A stretch of DNA of 64,000 nt from Squalus acanthias. Taxonomy: Eukaryota. This document shows positions 35,365 through 48,170 of the stretch, in pieces (the first letter of the stretch is position 1; every line of letters begins with the position of its first letter). Below the pieces are notes generated by a model that did no database searches, had not been told where the DNA came from, and saw only the letters and a list, made by a program, of their open reading frames with translations. The stretch is from positions 128,652,001-128,716,000 of the forward strand of contig CM059432.1 of the NCBI GenBank assembly GCA_030390025.1, given 5' to 3'. Both the position numbers and the translations under genes were made by a program.

Positions 35365-35404
35365 TTCACCTGAGGAAGGAGCGATAGCTCCGAAAGCTTG
35401 TGAT
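35365..35404 (+). ncRNA. Minimal type-I hammerhead ribozyme in the Penelope terminus
   Basis: UCAC-CUGAGGA-A-GGAGC(GAUA)GCUCC-GAAA-GCUU-GUGA: both core boxes, stems I and II, and palindromic AGCU in place of stem III. Confidence 0.82.
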
Positions 35405-36116
35405 TTCAAATAAAACTGTTTGGACTATAACCTGGTGTTGTGCGACCTCTCAATTTTGTCCACCCCAGTCCAACACCGGCATCTCCGCATCATAACTTTA
35501 TATGTAACAGTCAAATCGCGGATGGGTTTAACTGTGTCATATTGTGTCGATGCAAATGACCCTTGCATAGGGGTTTGAATTTTGGAGTTGTTAGCCTGAT
35601 ATAAATCGTAGGAATTTATACTGGGGAAGTAATTGTGTGTGTGTGTTCAATAAACGAACGAATCAAAGGTTGAGCCAAAACCCTATGCCGTGTGTATTTT
35701 GTTCTTATAAATCCTGACGTCCAAGAACTGTGTGTAACAGGGGACCGGTATCGGAGAAAACCCCTTACAAGTCCTGCCACATCCAGTCACGAATGGTGGT
35801 GGACAACTAAACAACTAACGGGAGGAGGAGGCTCCATGAATATCCCCATCCTCAATGATGGCGGAGCCCAGCACATGAGTGCAAAAGACAAGGCTGAAGC
35901 GTTTGCAACCATCTTCAGCCAGAAGTGCTGAGTGGACCATCACAGAAGCCAGTCTTTAGCCAATTCAATTCATTCCACGTGATATCAAGAAACAGCTGAG
36001 TGCACTGATACAGCAAAGGCTATGGGCCCCAACAACATCCCGGCTGTAGTGCTGAAGACTTGTGCTCCAAAACTAGCCGTGCCTCTAGGCAAGTTGTTCC
36101 AATACAGCTACAACAC

Positions 36117-37777
36117 TGTAGGGGGTGGTGGTTTGTGTCAGCTTTACCTCTGACTTCTGAGCGGTTCGAATCGCTCCCACTCCCTTGGTTCTAGACCTTG
36201 GACTTATTTGGGGGTTGTGATACAAAGGTGCAGCAGACAACTGAGTTTGATGAAAGAACTTCAATCTTTATTAAAAGGTAAGACACAAATAATAACACTC
36301 TTAACACTCTAAAGGTGGGGAACACTTCGGTACAAGCGAGGGAGATGACAGTAGAACAATACTTCACCCCTCCCAACCCCACTTTACTAGCTAAGTTAGG
36401 TTTTGAAGGACCAGGGATAATGCTCACCAATCCTTTGGCAGTTGGGCTAAATCGCGATTTTGGGGTTCGCTGTTTATGGCGGTTAGTGTCTGCCGTACCT
36501 CGTACGTGGTAGAGGACTTCACCTGGGTCTCTGGTCAGTCTTCGCGAGTCCGCTGATGCGGTAGGATGTTGTTTTGGATTTATCTGGTGAGTACCCAATT
36601 TCTTTGGTTTAGCAGTAGGGCTTAGAGTCTTTGGGGAAAATCTTACCCAGGGGTAAGTCAGGAGTAGTTTGTAGTGTGGAAACTTTGCGGTTCTTCGGGT
36701 TTTCTTCCCTGGAGTCGGTCTTTGTTGGTCGCGGTGGCCTGCTATTACCCGGTCAGTTGGGGGTAATGCGCGGTTGTTGGTTTCGTGAGGCCTTTGGTTT
36801 CCGTGATGGCTTTAGGCCTTGTTTAGTGTGTCGGTCAACCTCGTGGAGCTGTCAGTGACTTGTTGCTGCTTGTTGCTCCGGGTGACTGTGTTGGGACCGT
36901 TGTTGGAGGTCCGTCGAGGTGGTATCTTCACGAGTTGGACTCAGGTGTGTCTGAGTGGTGAGCGATGCTGACTCGCTTCCAGCTCGGGTTTTCTTCTTCC
37001 TGGTTTCTTCTTCTTCTGATGACCACCAGGTTGTGACTGACGACTCGACCTTGAACTGCTTGATGGGCCTTCAATTATACTAAATTGAAGTGGCCTTATC
37101 TACCCGCCAAATCTACTCAGTTCATTGTCTGATTTTTGGTGGGCTCGTAAATTGGTAACGACTTACTAGCACGTTAACTGGGTTTTTAACAGGCCTTCAA
37201 TCTCAACCATTGAACATAGCCTTATCTACCCGCCAAATCTACTCAGTTCATTGTCTGAATTTTGGCAGGCCTGTTACTAGTAACTGCTCTGAGTGTCAAA
37301 TGGGTTTTGGGATGGTTTGCATCCTGTCGATCTCCTTGGCTGATCACTGGTGATTGGTTTTGTGTTTTGGGTTTCTAGGCTGGACTCAGTCTTTTCTATA
37401 GACTGGTCCTGAGTGATTTGTATTATGCATATTTTCTGATGGGCCCTGTAATCGGTTTGATGGGGCCTGTTGTTTTGGGTGGGACTGTCTTCTCCCAGGG
37501 TCTATTGTCAAAATGTTAATGCCTGCTGGGGCTTGAGTGGGGTCATCCCGGTTCCCCAGACAGTGCAATTAACTGCAATAACCAAAAGTGCTTTTACAGA
37601 GGTCGAGCCCACCTTCTTGTCCCTTTACAGGCCCAGACATAGTTTTAAAATGCCAAAACTTGGTTTTTGGTCTTATATTCCTTAGGTTAGGCCCAAATGC
37701 AATTTTATCACTCTGAGGTAGTTCCAAAGTCCTTTTTCCTTAGGTTTTGGGGATCTGCAAATTTTGTAAACCTTACA
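36117..37777 (-). mobile_element. Long (1.66 kb) solo-LTR-like insertion
   Basis: TGTAGG...CCTTACA termini splitting LINE sequence ACAACAC|TGGCATCT. Imperfect (A)CAC duplication, minus-strand AATAAA near 36270, internal ~40-bp direct repeat. Confidence 0.75.
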
Positions 37778-38139
37778 CACTGGCATCTTGACCCAACCTA
37801 GGTCCTCCCAGCTGCACATTAAAGTAAGCACTGACAATTTTCTCCAAGGGGTTCTCAAACAGGCATTAGGCCCCTCATTGACATATTCAAGGGGCCTGAA
37901 ATGCCTGTTTTATGCGGCCGCCTGGGTGAGATCTGATGATGTGTACATACCTGAAATGTTATATCCTGCCATTTCTCTTTGGAAATGCTGACTGACCTGC
38001 TGTCTATTTCTGTATTCATGAATGAAGGCATGCCAGGGAGATCAATGGACATCACATCAGGATTGCCTGCACCCTCCATTATGCATCCAACCATATATGT
38101 GGGCCCTGAAACACTGATGACCATAAGGAGCTGACTCTC

Positions 38140-38285
38140 CAGGCCTGTGTTAGTACAGAGCCACTTACAAACATGTGCCATCTGCTGCAAGGACACATGC
38201 AGCCAAGTTGCATAGGGACATTACTGTCTGTGGCAGCCAAGGTCAATGCCTCCCTCAGCTCTTTCTCTGATAGCTCCTGCTAGCT
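38140..38285 (+). pseudogene. Old Harbinger transposase N-terminal fragment
   Basis: MCHLLQGHMQP..TLLSVAAKVNASL resembles 7350-7440. Confidence 0.5.
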
Positions 38286-38774
38286 ACACTGCACTGCTGT
38301 CCTCTGGTGAGGGTGGCTTAGAATGGCAAACAGGGCAATGCTCCTCACCCATTCCATGCCGGAGCTTCTCCATTTAGCCAGCTATCAAACAGAGGGTACT
38401 GCCTGGCTCTACCTCTTGCTCACAGTTTTTTTGCCTCTATTTATTTTGTCATTGACTGGTTTTGTGATCCAATATTTGTACCACAAACAGCCTTTGGAGG
38501 GGCGGAAATATACAGAGGAAATTACAATCTTTATAAAGACATTGGGTTGGAAATTCCGTTAGACCCATTTCCGAGGCTAAATTGAGTGCCGCACACGGAG
38601 GGTGCACACTCTCCGGGAAACCCGAGGCCAGCCGGACATTGGGCCTCATTAACATTATTTGGGCTGGAAACCAAATGCTGTGCTTGCTGCGTGGATGTTT
38701 CACAGATTTTTGTGGCCCAGCAAAAGATCTACCTTCTAATAGCTCTCGAGGTTTTTATCCCAACAATTCGTGTA

Positions 38775-38980
38775 TCAGCCTTGGCTCACTGGTAGCACTT
38801 TCATCTCTGAGTCATGAGAATGTTGTGCATTCAATCCCCACTCCAGAGACTTGGGCACATAATCTAGGCTGACACTCCAGTGCCCTCTGACACTGTTGGG
38901 GTGCCGTCTTTCAGATGAGATGTTAAACTGAGGCACTGTCTGCCCTCTCAGGTGAATGTAAAAGACCCCATGCCACTCTC
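38775..38980 (+). mobile_element. Deu-domain SINE 5' part
   Basis: tRNA head plus GATGAGATGTTAAACTGAGGC core. Confidence 0.75.
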
Positions 38981-39107
38981 CTACTATGGGCTTCTATCTT
39001 TCTTTGGCTCAGCATTGATTTATCCTCATGCCTCTGTGAAGCTGCTTGGGAAATTTCTCTATGTTAAAGGCACCATATAAAAGCAAATTATTTTTGAAAA
39101 AAGAATG

Positions 39108-39660
39108 CAACCTAAGAACATAAGAATTAGGAGCAAGAGTAGGCCATACGGCTCCTCGAGTCTGTTCCACCATTCAATAAGATCATGGCTTATCTTTGCT
39201 CTCAACCCCACTTTCCCACCTGATCCCCATATCCCTCGATTCCCTAGAATCCAAAAATCTATCTATTTCAGCCTTGAATATACTCAATGACTGAGCTCTC
39301 TGGGATAGAGAATTCCAAAGATTCACAACCCTTTGAGTGAAGAAATTTCTCCTCATCTCTGTCTTAAATGGCCGAACCCTTGTCCTGAGACTATACCCCC
39401 TAGTTCTAGACTCGCCAGCCAGGGGAAATAACCTCTCAGCATCTACCCTGTCAAGCCCCCTCAGAATCTTATATGGTTCAATGAGATCACCTCTCATTCT
39501 TCTAAACTCCAGAGAGTATTGGCCCATTCTACTCAATCTCTCATCGTAGGACAACCCTCTCATCCCAGGAATCAATTTACTGAACCTTTGTTGCACCGCC
39601 TCCAAGGCAAGTATATCCTTCCTTAGATAAGGAGACCAAAACTGTGCACAGTACTCCAGG
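39108..39660 (-). mobile_element. CR1 3' fragment
   Basis: LEYCAQFWSPYLRKD..RNFFTQRVVNLWNSL. Confidence 0.92.
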
Positions 39661-39731
39661 TCAATGTTCCCTTTAAGCTGCATGGCCGCTTCAATAAGAA
39701 AAATAAGTAATTGAAAACATCAGAATCTCAA

Positions 39732-40612
39732 GGGGGAGAAATTCGGTATCGCCCCGCAATTATCGGCTGGGCGCAAAGTTTAGCGCCTGGCGCTAATTAT
39801 CGCCTCCGACTGCAAACTTGGCTTCTATCGCCCCTGGAGGTGATTGGAGCACTAAATCAGGCGCTACACACCTCTCTTAAGGCGCTAACGCCGAGGAGCG
39901 AGGCGCTACCTCAGAGCGCTGGCAAAGCTTATGTGATGTCAGTCAGCAATGGAACACAGATACACTGACGCCAGCCAGTTCTTAAAGGGGAGGGCCGATC
40001 TTGCTCTCCATCTACACCCTGCTCATTGCAGCCTTGAATCTCGGCCTGGAGAGACCTGTACATCAAATCTGCTGGAAAGAACAATGGAGAGGCCCAGGGA
40101 AAGAGCTCAGGGTGCAGCCCCCATAGTCTCTTCTAAATCGATGCAAGGAAGATCAAATCAAAATGAACCTGCAAAGTGCTGCTCAGTACCCAAAACTCCT
40201 CAACACAGCGTTGAATATCTCCAAAAGTCTCTCTCTCTCACTCAGAATGCGTGGTGTAAAAATGTCGCCGACAAAAAAAGGCAGGAAGCGGTCGCCTTTA
40301 AATAGCACTCCCCCAGTCCCTTCCCGACTGCAAAACGTTCCCCTCAACCTGTCGTTGCTAGCGGTAGGCGGTAAGGCAGGGGGCGCCACTCAATATCTGG
40401 GCTGGGGCGCTACCGGGGCGTTGCACGCTCGACTGACGTCATGATCTGCGGGCGCAGGAGATCGTGGCGGTAGTGTTTAGCGCCGCCGCAAAATGTCGTC
40501 AATTTTGCGAGCGGTGCAAACATTACCGCGCCCGGGCGCTAGTTGCATTGCACCCCATTAGCGCCCTCTTAAGGCGCCAACGGGAGGCGCAAACCAAACG
40601 AATTTTTCCGCC
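39732..40612. mobile_element. Harbinger-like non-autonomous element
   Basis: TIRs GGGGGAGAAATT / AATTTTTCCGCC, TSD CAA, internal MERPRERA start at 40084. Confidence 0.85.
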
Positions 40613-41509
40613 CAAATCTTTTACTTTGCAAGTTTTAAATGGTAATAAATGGAGACTGTAGGGTTCATGACAGAACACTGTAAGGGACATATCTTCCCTA
40701 TTCTTTCGACAGACTGGGGCAATGCCCGTTTTTGGTTGTCATTTATGACCTGCTAATGAAATTGTGGGAATGCAGGGTTATGATACCTGCATTCCCACTT
40801 TCTTTAGCAGGAACGAAAATAGCAGCCAATCAAAATGCACCTGCAGTAATGATGCTTTGACATTTCTCAAACAGCTAATGAGCCACTTAACCAATGTAAA
40901 CATCAAAAAGATTGTTTATACAGCTGTGCAGTACACAATATCGGTGGAAAACTGCCTCCACAAAGTTAGATATTCTGATCAGGCCCTGCATGCACTGGTA
41001 ACCTCTGTAATGGAGCATATATATATAAATATGCATTTTATTGTCTGCATCAAATATATAATGAATGCCTAATGTCAGTATTTGAAAATACAATGTTATT
41101 CTGTAACCCTCCCCTGCCCCACCTCTTTCTGATTAGCTGTGTTATTATTTATGTACCACTGACTGGGAAGCCTAGAGGAGACTGGGGTTCAACAGAGGAG
41201 GGCCAATATATCTGAATCAAGTAAAACCTGAAGTGAAGATGTAATTTACATTTTTTCTGTATGACTGTTCAAAGAGAAGACTGAGGGTTGAGCTCCTGTC
41301 AGCTCTTCCATGCTATGAGGCCAGCAGTAAGATTAAGATTAATTTTACTGCTGGATAGGGTGGATTACTGTACATAATCCTTTCATTGCTCAAGTATAAT
41401 TCATAGCATTTTTAAATGGTAATTTTTAAATTATGTACTGCATTCACAGAAGCACACACACACACATATATATACCTTAAGCCACTGTACATTTTCAAAG
41501 AAGGAAGAC

Positions 41510-41760
41510 TTGTAATTATATTCCTAAACTCTGGAATTCTGTGCCAAAACCTCGCCGCCTCTCCAGTTCTCTCTCCTTCTCCTATAAGATGCTTTAAGAG
41601 GTAGGTTTTAGCTCTTTGACCAAGTTTTCAGTCAGCTGTTCTAATATATCCCTCTTTGGTTGGGTGTTAATTTTTGTTTGATGACGCTCCTGTGAAGCCC
41701 CTGGGGATGTTTTGCTACGTTAAAGGCGCCATATAAATGCAAGTTGCTGCTGTTGCTGCT
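41510..41760 (+). mobile_element. L2 3' end
   Basis: CTCTGGAATTC..TTTGACCAAG..AAAGGCGCCATATAAATGCAAGTTG. Confidence 0.75.
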
Positions 41761-41819
41761 CTTGTTGAAATGTTTTATTTCCCATTATTGAAATGTTTAA
41801 TTTGATGAACAAGCTAACT

Positions 41820-42712
41820 AAGTTAGGCGGCTCAGTAAGTAGTGTAAACGGGAGCAGAGTTGCAAAGGGACATCGATAGATTAAGTCAGTGGGCAAAACT
41901 GTGGCAGATGGAGTTCAATGAGGCAAAGTGTGAGGTCATCCACTTTGGGCCCAAGAAAGATAGATTAGAGTATCCTCTAACTGGTGAAAAGCTGGGAACC
42001 ATGGAGGAGCAGAAATGGTGTCCATGTACAGAAATCACTGGTGGACAGGTACAAAAATAATTAAAAGACTAATGGAATGTTGGCCTTTATCTCAAGGGGG
42101 CTGGAATGCAAAGGGGTAGAAGTTATGCGACAGTTGTATAAAGCCCTGGTTAAACCGCATCTGGAGTACTGCATTTAGTTCTGGGAACCACAACTCAGGA
42201 AGGATATATTGGCCTTGGAGGGGGTGCAGCGCAGATTCACCAGAGTGATACCGGGGCTAAAGGGGATAAATTACGCAGGCAGGTTGCATAGACTAGCCTT
42301 GTATTCCCATGAGTAGAGAAGATTAAGGGGTGATCTAATTAAGGTGTTTAATGTGATTAAAGGATTTGATCGGGTAGATAGAGAGAAATTATTTCCCCTG
42401 GTGGGGGAGTTTAGAACAAAGGGGGCATAACCTTAAAATTAGAGCTAGGCCGTTCAGGGGTGATGTCAGGAAGCACTTCTTCACACAAAGGGTAGTGGAA
42501 ATCTGGAATTCTCTCCCCCAAAAAGCTGTTGAGGCTAGGGGTCAATTGAAAATTTCGAAACTGAGATGGCTAAATGTTTGTTAGGCAAGGGTATCAAGGG
42601 ATATGAACTAAGGCGGGTTATTGGAGTTAAAATACAGGCCAGCCATGATCTAATTGAATGGCGGAATAGGCTTGAGGGGCTGAATGGCCTACTCGTGTTC
42701 CTATATTCCTAA
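41820..42712 (+). mobile_element. CR1 3' fragment
   Basis: QRDIDRLSQWAKLWQMEFN..KCEVIHFG; CR1 3'UTR. Confidence 0.9.
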
Positions 42713-44448
42713 CCTTCAGCTCCAAAAAACAATGAACTAATTTAAATAAAAATAATTCAGTCAGATGCAGTAATGATGATGTACTTTTTCATTACTGTGC
42801 ACAGATTGGTCCCGAACTGTGATACCAAAATTCCAGCCAGGTGGCTATGATGTCTAAGCTGCTTGACAGGAATGTCTAGCTGGATTTAATTATTACTAAC
42901 ACACTTTTCATCCTTAGTTGTTGGTTCTGTGATTAATGGATGGCAATGCCTCAAGCACACAAATTGCCTCGTTCCAGTTTTGAAGCCCCACTGGAAAAGA
43001 AAATATCTTGAAAGTGGGTCATGTCTTAGTTGTTGTATCTTCACACTCTTCCCCTGGGGAAGGATTTGCAGGCTAATTAACAGCCTGACAGGTCATGATG
43101 TGAACACTTCTTCCATGGCCATAACCATCCTTACATCAGCCAATAGGATGGTTAGCCCTATAAGGTTTTATGTGCTCCCACAACCCATATGCTGAAGGGG
43201 GTGGGGGTGTGCACACCCACACCCCCCCGACACAAGGAACCCCCGCTGGATTTCAACCCAGAACTCCGAGCTGGAGCTCCATCTCAGACTGTCAGTGGTG
43301 GGGTTTGGAACATTGGACCTTCTGACTCAGAGGCAGGAATACTACCATTATGCCAAAGGGCTGCTCTCTGACTTAGTTTGTGAAAGGAAAGTAGATAAAT
43401 ATTTGAAAAGTAAAAATTTAAAAGGGTGTGTGAAAAGAGCAGGAGAATGGAACTCAAAGGATTGCTCTTCCAGAGCTGGGGCAAGTGCAATGGGCTGAAG
43501 AGCCTCCTTCTGTGCTGCAAAATGTTATGATTCTATGTCTGGAACAAAATTCCATGCTGCTAACATGATCTGATGCTGCCTTTACGTTGCATAACTGCTC
43601 CGAGTAGAAGGAGGTGACATGCTGGAGCTCCTCGTGCTTCAGAAGCTTGTGCAACTTTGCAGTTTATGGCTTGAAAGTCATGAACCGCAAGTGTGTTTCT
43701 GGGGATCAAACTCTTCTCCAATGGATGGGAAAGGCCCACATAGGTAACAGGTGGACAATTGCATTGTTTCGCAACAGAGCACTCAGCACTGAGCAGGCAG
43801 AAAAAAAATGATGCAGTGGTTATATTTGTTGAGGGTGATACTCATACCTCTGGAGACAATACCCCACCTCACTTATTATGCAGTTCTGCTATTAATGTCA
43901 AGGTTTCCATAAGCAGCAGCATTGTAATGTAAATGGACAATTAAAGGGCCAGTGATTGAAATTCATCTGGATGGGGTTTGATCTCATAGAGTTGACCTAA
44001 ACCATTAGATTTAATGTTGATCTGAAGGGAAATGATAGAGGTGGCACTGTGGCTTGTATGATACCTTACCATGTGGGGCCATAAGGAATCTCAGCAATGT
44101 TTCCATAACACTGACATGCTTTGGCCCTCCTGTACAACTGGACTGTGTTGGGCACTGTTCTGTCTCACAGGCTAACACATAGAAGTGAGTAATTCACATA
44201 TCGATGACTTTTGTCAGTACTTTAATTGTAAAAATGTTTGGCCTGAAATTCCTGGGTTTCCACTCCACCGCCAAAATTACGATGGGGCAGGATTCCTGCT
44301 GCCGGACTGGTGCGGCCCTGACACTGTCCTAAATCCCCAAATCATGGTCTTTTTTATAGTTAGGGTACAGCTGTCCATACCATATGAGGTGTTACATTGG
44401 GTATCAGTGGGGATAAGGAATTTCAAGGCCGCACCTTGCTGCTACTTT

Positions 44449-46065
44449 ATAGAATCATAGAAAGTTACAGCACGGAAGGAGGCCATTTCGGCCCATTGTG
44501 TCTGCGCCGACCAACAAAGAGCTATCCAGCCTAATCCCACTTCCCAGCTCTTAGTCCCTAGCCCTGCAGGTTAGAGCATCCCAAGTGCACATCCAAGTAC
44601 TTTTTAAATGTGGTTAGGGTTCCTGCCTCTACCACCCTTTCAGGCAGTGAGTTCCAGACCCCCACAACCCTCTGGGTGAAGAAATTTCCCCTCAAATCCC
44701 CTCTAAACCTTCCCCCATTTACTTTAAATTTGTGCCCTCTGGTTTTTGACCCCTCTGCTAAGGGAAATAGGTCCTTTCTATCCACTTTATCTTTGCCCCT
44801 CATAATTTTATACACCTCAATAAGGTCTTCCCTCAGCTTCCTCTGTTCCAAGGAAAACAGACCCAGCCTATCCAGTCTTTCCTCATAGCTAAGATTCTCT
44901 ACTCCCGGCAACATCCTTGTAAATCTCCTCTGTACCCTCTCTGGTGCAATCACATCTTTCCTGTAATGTGGTGACCAGAACTGCATGCAGTATTCTAGCT
45001 GAGGCCTAACTAGTGTTTTATACAGTTGAAGCATAACCCCCCTGCTCTTGTATTCTATGCCACGGCTAATAAAGGCAAGCATTCCGTATGCCTTCTTAAC
45101 CACCTTATCTACTTGGCCTGCTACCTTCAGGGATCTGTGGACATGCACTCCAAGGTCCCTTTGTTCCTCTACACTACTCAGTGTCCTACCATTTAATGTG
45201 TATTCCCTTTCCTTGTTAGCTCCCCCCCAAATGCATTACCTCACACTTCTCCGGATTGAATTCCATTTGCCACTGTTCTGCCCACCTGACCAATTTAATG
45301 ATATCTTCCTGCAGTCTACAGCTTCCTTCTTCAGTATCAATCACACAGCCGATTTTAGTATCATCTGCAAACTTCTTAATCATACCCCCTATATTCAAGT
45401 CAAGATCATTGATATATACCACAAAAAGCAAGGGACCTAGTACTGAGCCCTGCGGAACCCCACTGGAAACAGCCTTCCAGTCACAAAAACACCCATCAAC
45501 CATTACCCACTGCTTCCTGTCTCCGAGCCAGTTTTGAATCCAACTTGACACTTTGCCCTGGATCCCATAGGCTTTTAACTTTGTGATCAGTCTGCCATGT
45601 GGAACCTTATCAAAATCCTTGCTAAAGTCCATATACACTACATCAAATGCACTACCCTCATCTACCCTCTTTGTTACCTCCTCAAAAAATTCAATCAAGT
45701 TTGTCAGACACGACCTTCCCTTAACAAATCCGTGCTGACTATCCTTGATTAATCCGTGTCTTTCTAAATGAAGATTTATCCTGTCCTTCAGAATTCTTTC
45801 CAATAATTTTCCCACCACCGAGGTTAGGCTGACTGACCTATAATTACTCGGTCTATCCTTTTCTCCCTTTTTAAACATTAGCAGTCCTCCAGTCCTCCGG
45901 CACCACACCTGAAGCCAGAGAGGATTGAAAAATGATGGTCAGGACCTCTGCTATTTCCTCTTTTGCTTCGCTTAACAACCTGGGATACATTTCATCCGGG
46001 CCTGGGGATTTATCCACTTTTAAAGCTGCTAAACCCCTTAATACTTCCTCTCTCACTATGTTTAT
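44449..46065 (-). mobile_element. CR1 3' half
   Basis: KSPGPD, YMDFSKDFDKVPH, KFADDTK, VRPQLEYC; ATAGAATCATAG tail. Confidence 0.93.
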
Positions 46066-46069
46066 TTAA

Positions 46070-46270
46070 GGGGTAATTTTGACTTTGTGTGATAGTGTAA
46101 AACGCATGATAGAGAATTGGCAGTCTGTTTAACATCTCTCCCGGTTTTTATTTCCTTTTTATTGGCATTTTTAGTGAAGTCAATGGAAATAAAAATTAGG
46201 AGAGTAGTATAAAGGGCTGCTGACTAGCTAGCACCTGTTTTACACTATCGCACAAAGTCAAAATTACCCT
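46070..46270. mobile_element. Palindromic (fold-back) MITE
   Basis: GGGTAATTTTGACTTTGTG..TAGTGTAAAAC mirrored by GTTTTACACTATCGCACAAAGTCAAAATTACCC. Relatives at about 54416-54595 and 56016-56130. Confidence 0.8.
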
Positions 46271-47902
46271 CCAGCTGTTCAAGCCAAAGATTGACTGGAA
46301 TTTTAGAAAAATGACACAAAATCAAAGTTATTCACTTTCCCATTGAATACTCTGTTATCAATTGACATTAGGAAAATGACGTGATATCGTTGTGGGATCA
46401 CTTCCACCATGATCTGATCCTGGAATGAATGCATACGTAGTATTGGTAGAACTGGTGGCATTTCTGACGGATGGCGTCATCTTGCCAGTATAGCCACTCT
46501 GTTGATACAAGGAAGGTGGAGTAGAAGCAAAAAGCACCTACTCCCACTTTTGGAGGAAATTGGCTGCGATCGAAAATATTTGGAGACCTGACGAAACCAG
46601 GACCCATCCAGAAATTTCTGGCCCACCTGCCCGCATTGTGCCATCACTGTGTTCCCCCCTCCCCCAGGCCCAGGAATTTCTGGCCACTGTATCCTGTGGC
46701 TATCATGTGTGATATGATATCTGAATCTGACTGGACATAACCAGCCACTGGTTCTATGCAGTTTGAGGTACGTCTTGCATCACATTATCAACTGTGGGCT
46801 CTCTATTTTGCACATCAAGATTTGTTAGGTGATAACATTCCAACTTTGGGTTACTGGAGAATGGTTGGAAAATCATGCGCAGTGCAGACCTGAATCTCCA
46901 ATGTGTACTCCCAGTGGGTGGGGCTGGACCCTGTTGAGTCTGCGGCACATTATCACATTGCAAAGAGTCCAGCGAAACATTTGACAGTGTTTTTGTACAG
47001 ATGAGTGCGTATATATGTGATCAGGAATCCAACCTCAATTGCCTTGTCATGAACCTGTAGCACAAATTAGTTAATTTTAATACTTTGGCTAATTAAGATC
47101 AAAGCATGAAATCTTTCCCTGTACTGGACTGAGCATTTGGTGCAGTGTAATTTTTCCACAGACAAAAACAAGAAGGACTTTTGGAACCGTCTGCTCCGAG
47201 CCATTCCAGGAATAAAGCATGCCTGGAAACAGCAACAAAACTGCGACACGGAAGATAGATATTTCTCGAGTCGATGTTAAGAGGGTGCTGTATTGGTCGA
47301 TTTAACTTAGGTTTAATGTTTTAATTAGAACTAAAGTTAAAATAATAAATTGGTAATATCAGATACAATCTCATCCACGATCTAGTCAGCCTACCTTCCT
47401 GTGTGCAAGAGTATAATATGAAAGTAAGTTCACCGATTCTATAAAGGGCTACAACACTAGTGCTGATTCTTCAACGCACACTCCTTTCAAGCAGGGCTTC
47501 CCACTGTGAGTGCTGGATGGGTGAATCTACCCTACAATGCTGGATGCATTACCATGGCAACACTGGACTATTAAGTAAGAACTACAGCACGGGTTTCACA
47601 ACCAGCTCACCTTCCTAAAAATGTGTTGGGAAAACCTTTATTGTTTTTTGTTGGGGGTGTGGGGGAGGGGAGAGAAGAACTATTCACAGTGGAAATGCAG
47701 TGCCAAGGAGGAACAAAAAATTGAAGAAGAAAAATTTAGGAGGTGAGGTGAGATTTTTGTTCACTTTACCTTCCCGAGGAAGATTAAATAGGTTGGGCGA
47801 AATTCATGATGTAGTGGGTTGTACACAACCTGTGGAAGGGAATTGTGTGATGAGCTGAATATTTTGTCCCACGTGTTTCCGTGTCACAATGATGTGATGA
47901 TT

Positions 47903-48170
47903 GACCCCGATTTTAACTCCAGGTGGATTCCCCGCTCAGGCCTGAGTTAAAATTACAGTCGGGTCTCAATGATGTCCTCGGGCTGCAACATGTAATATGT
48001 AAAGAAGGATCCTGTTGGCTCCGGGCGCGTGTCCTTGCTGCCTGCTCAGGAGAGCAGGTTAAAATTGCAGATGCTGCGATCGTGGCGGCTTTCGAGCAAG
48101 TAAGAGCCAGGGCGATTTTAACTTCCCACCCGCCAGGCTTCTGTTGAGCTAGTAGGGTTAAAATCGGCCC
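47903..48170. mobile_element. GC-rich MITE
   Basis: CCGATTTTAAC / GTTAAAATCGG inverted ends and internal repeats. Confidence 0.65.

Larger units (their letters stand above)
33406..35492 (+). mobile_element. Penelope-like element (Neptune-type), 5' truncated
   Basis: RT+GIY-YIG ORF, hammerhead-bearing 3' terminus, 11-bp TSD TAACTTTATAT (33395-405, 35493-503). Confidence 0.93.
32709..35769 (+). mobile_element. Solo LTR (about 1 kb without the nested Penelope), ERV/Gypsy-type
   Basis: TGTAGG...CCTTACA termini, 4-bp TSD AGTC (32705-08, 35770-73), AATAAA at 35649. Confidence 0.85.
31308..37789 (+). mobile_element. Second tRNA-headed Zenon-like LINE copy (pieces 31308-32708, 35770-36116, 37778-37789), 3' truncated, with two LTR insertions
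   Basis: Colinear with about 1131-2896, including the tRNA head, leader and EN. Confidence 0.92.
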
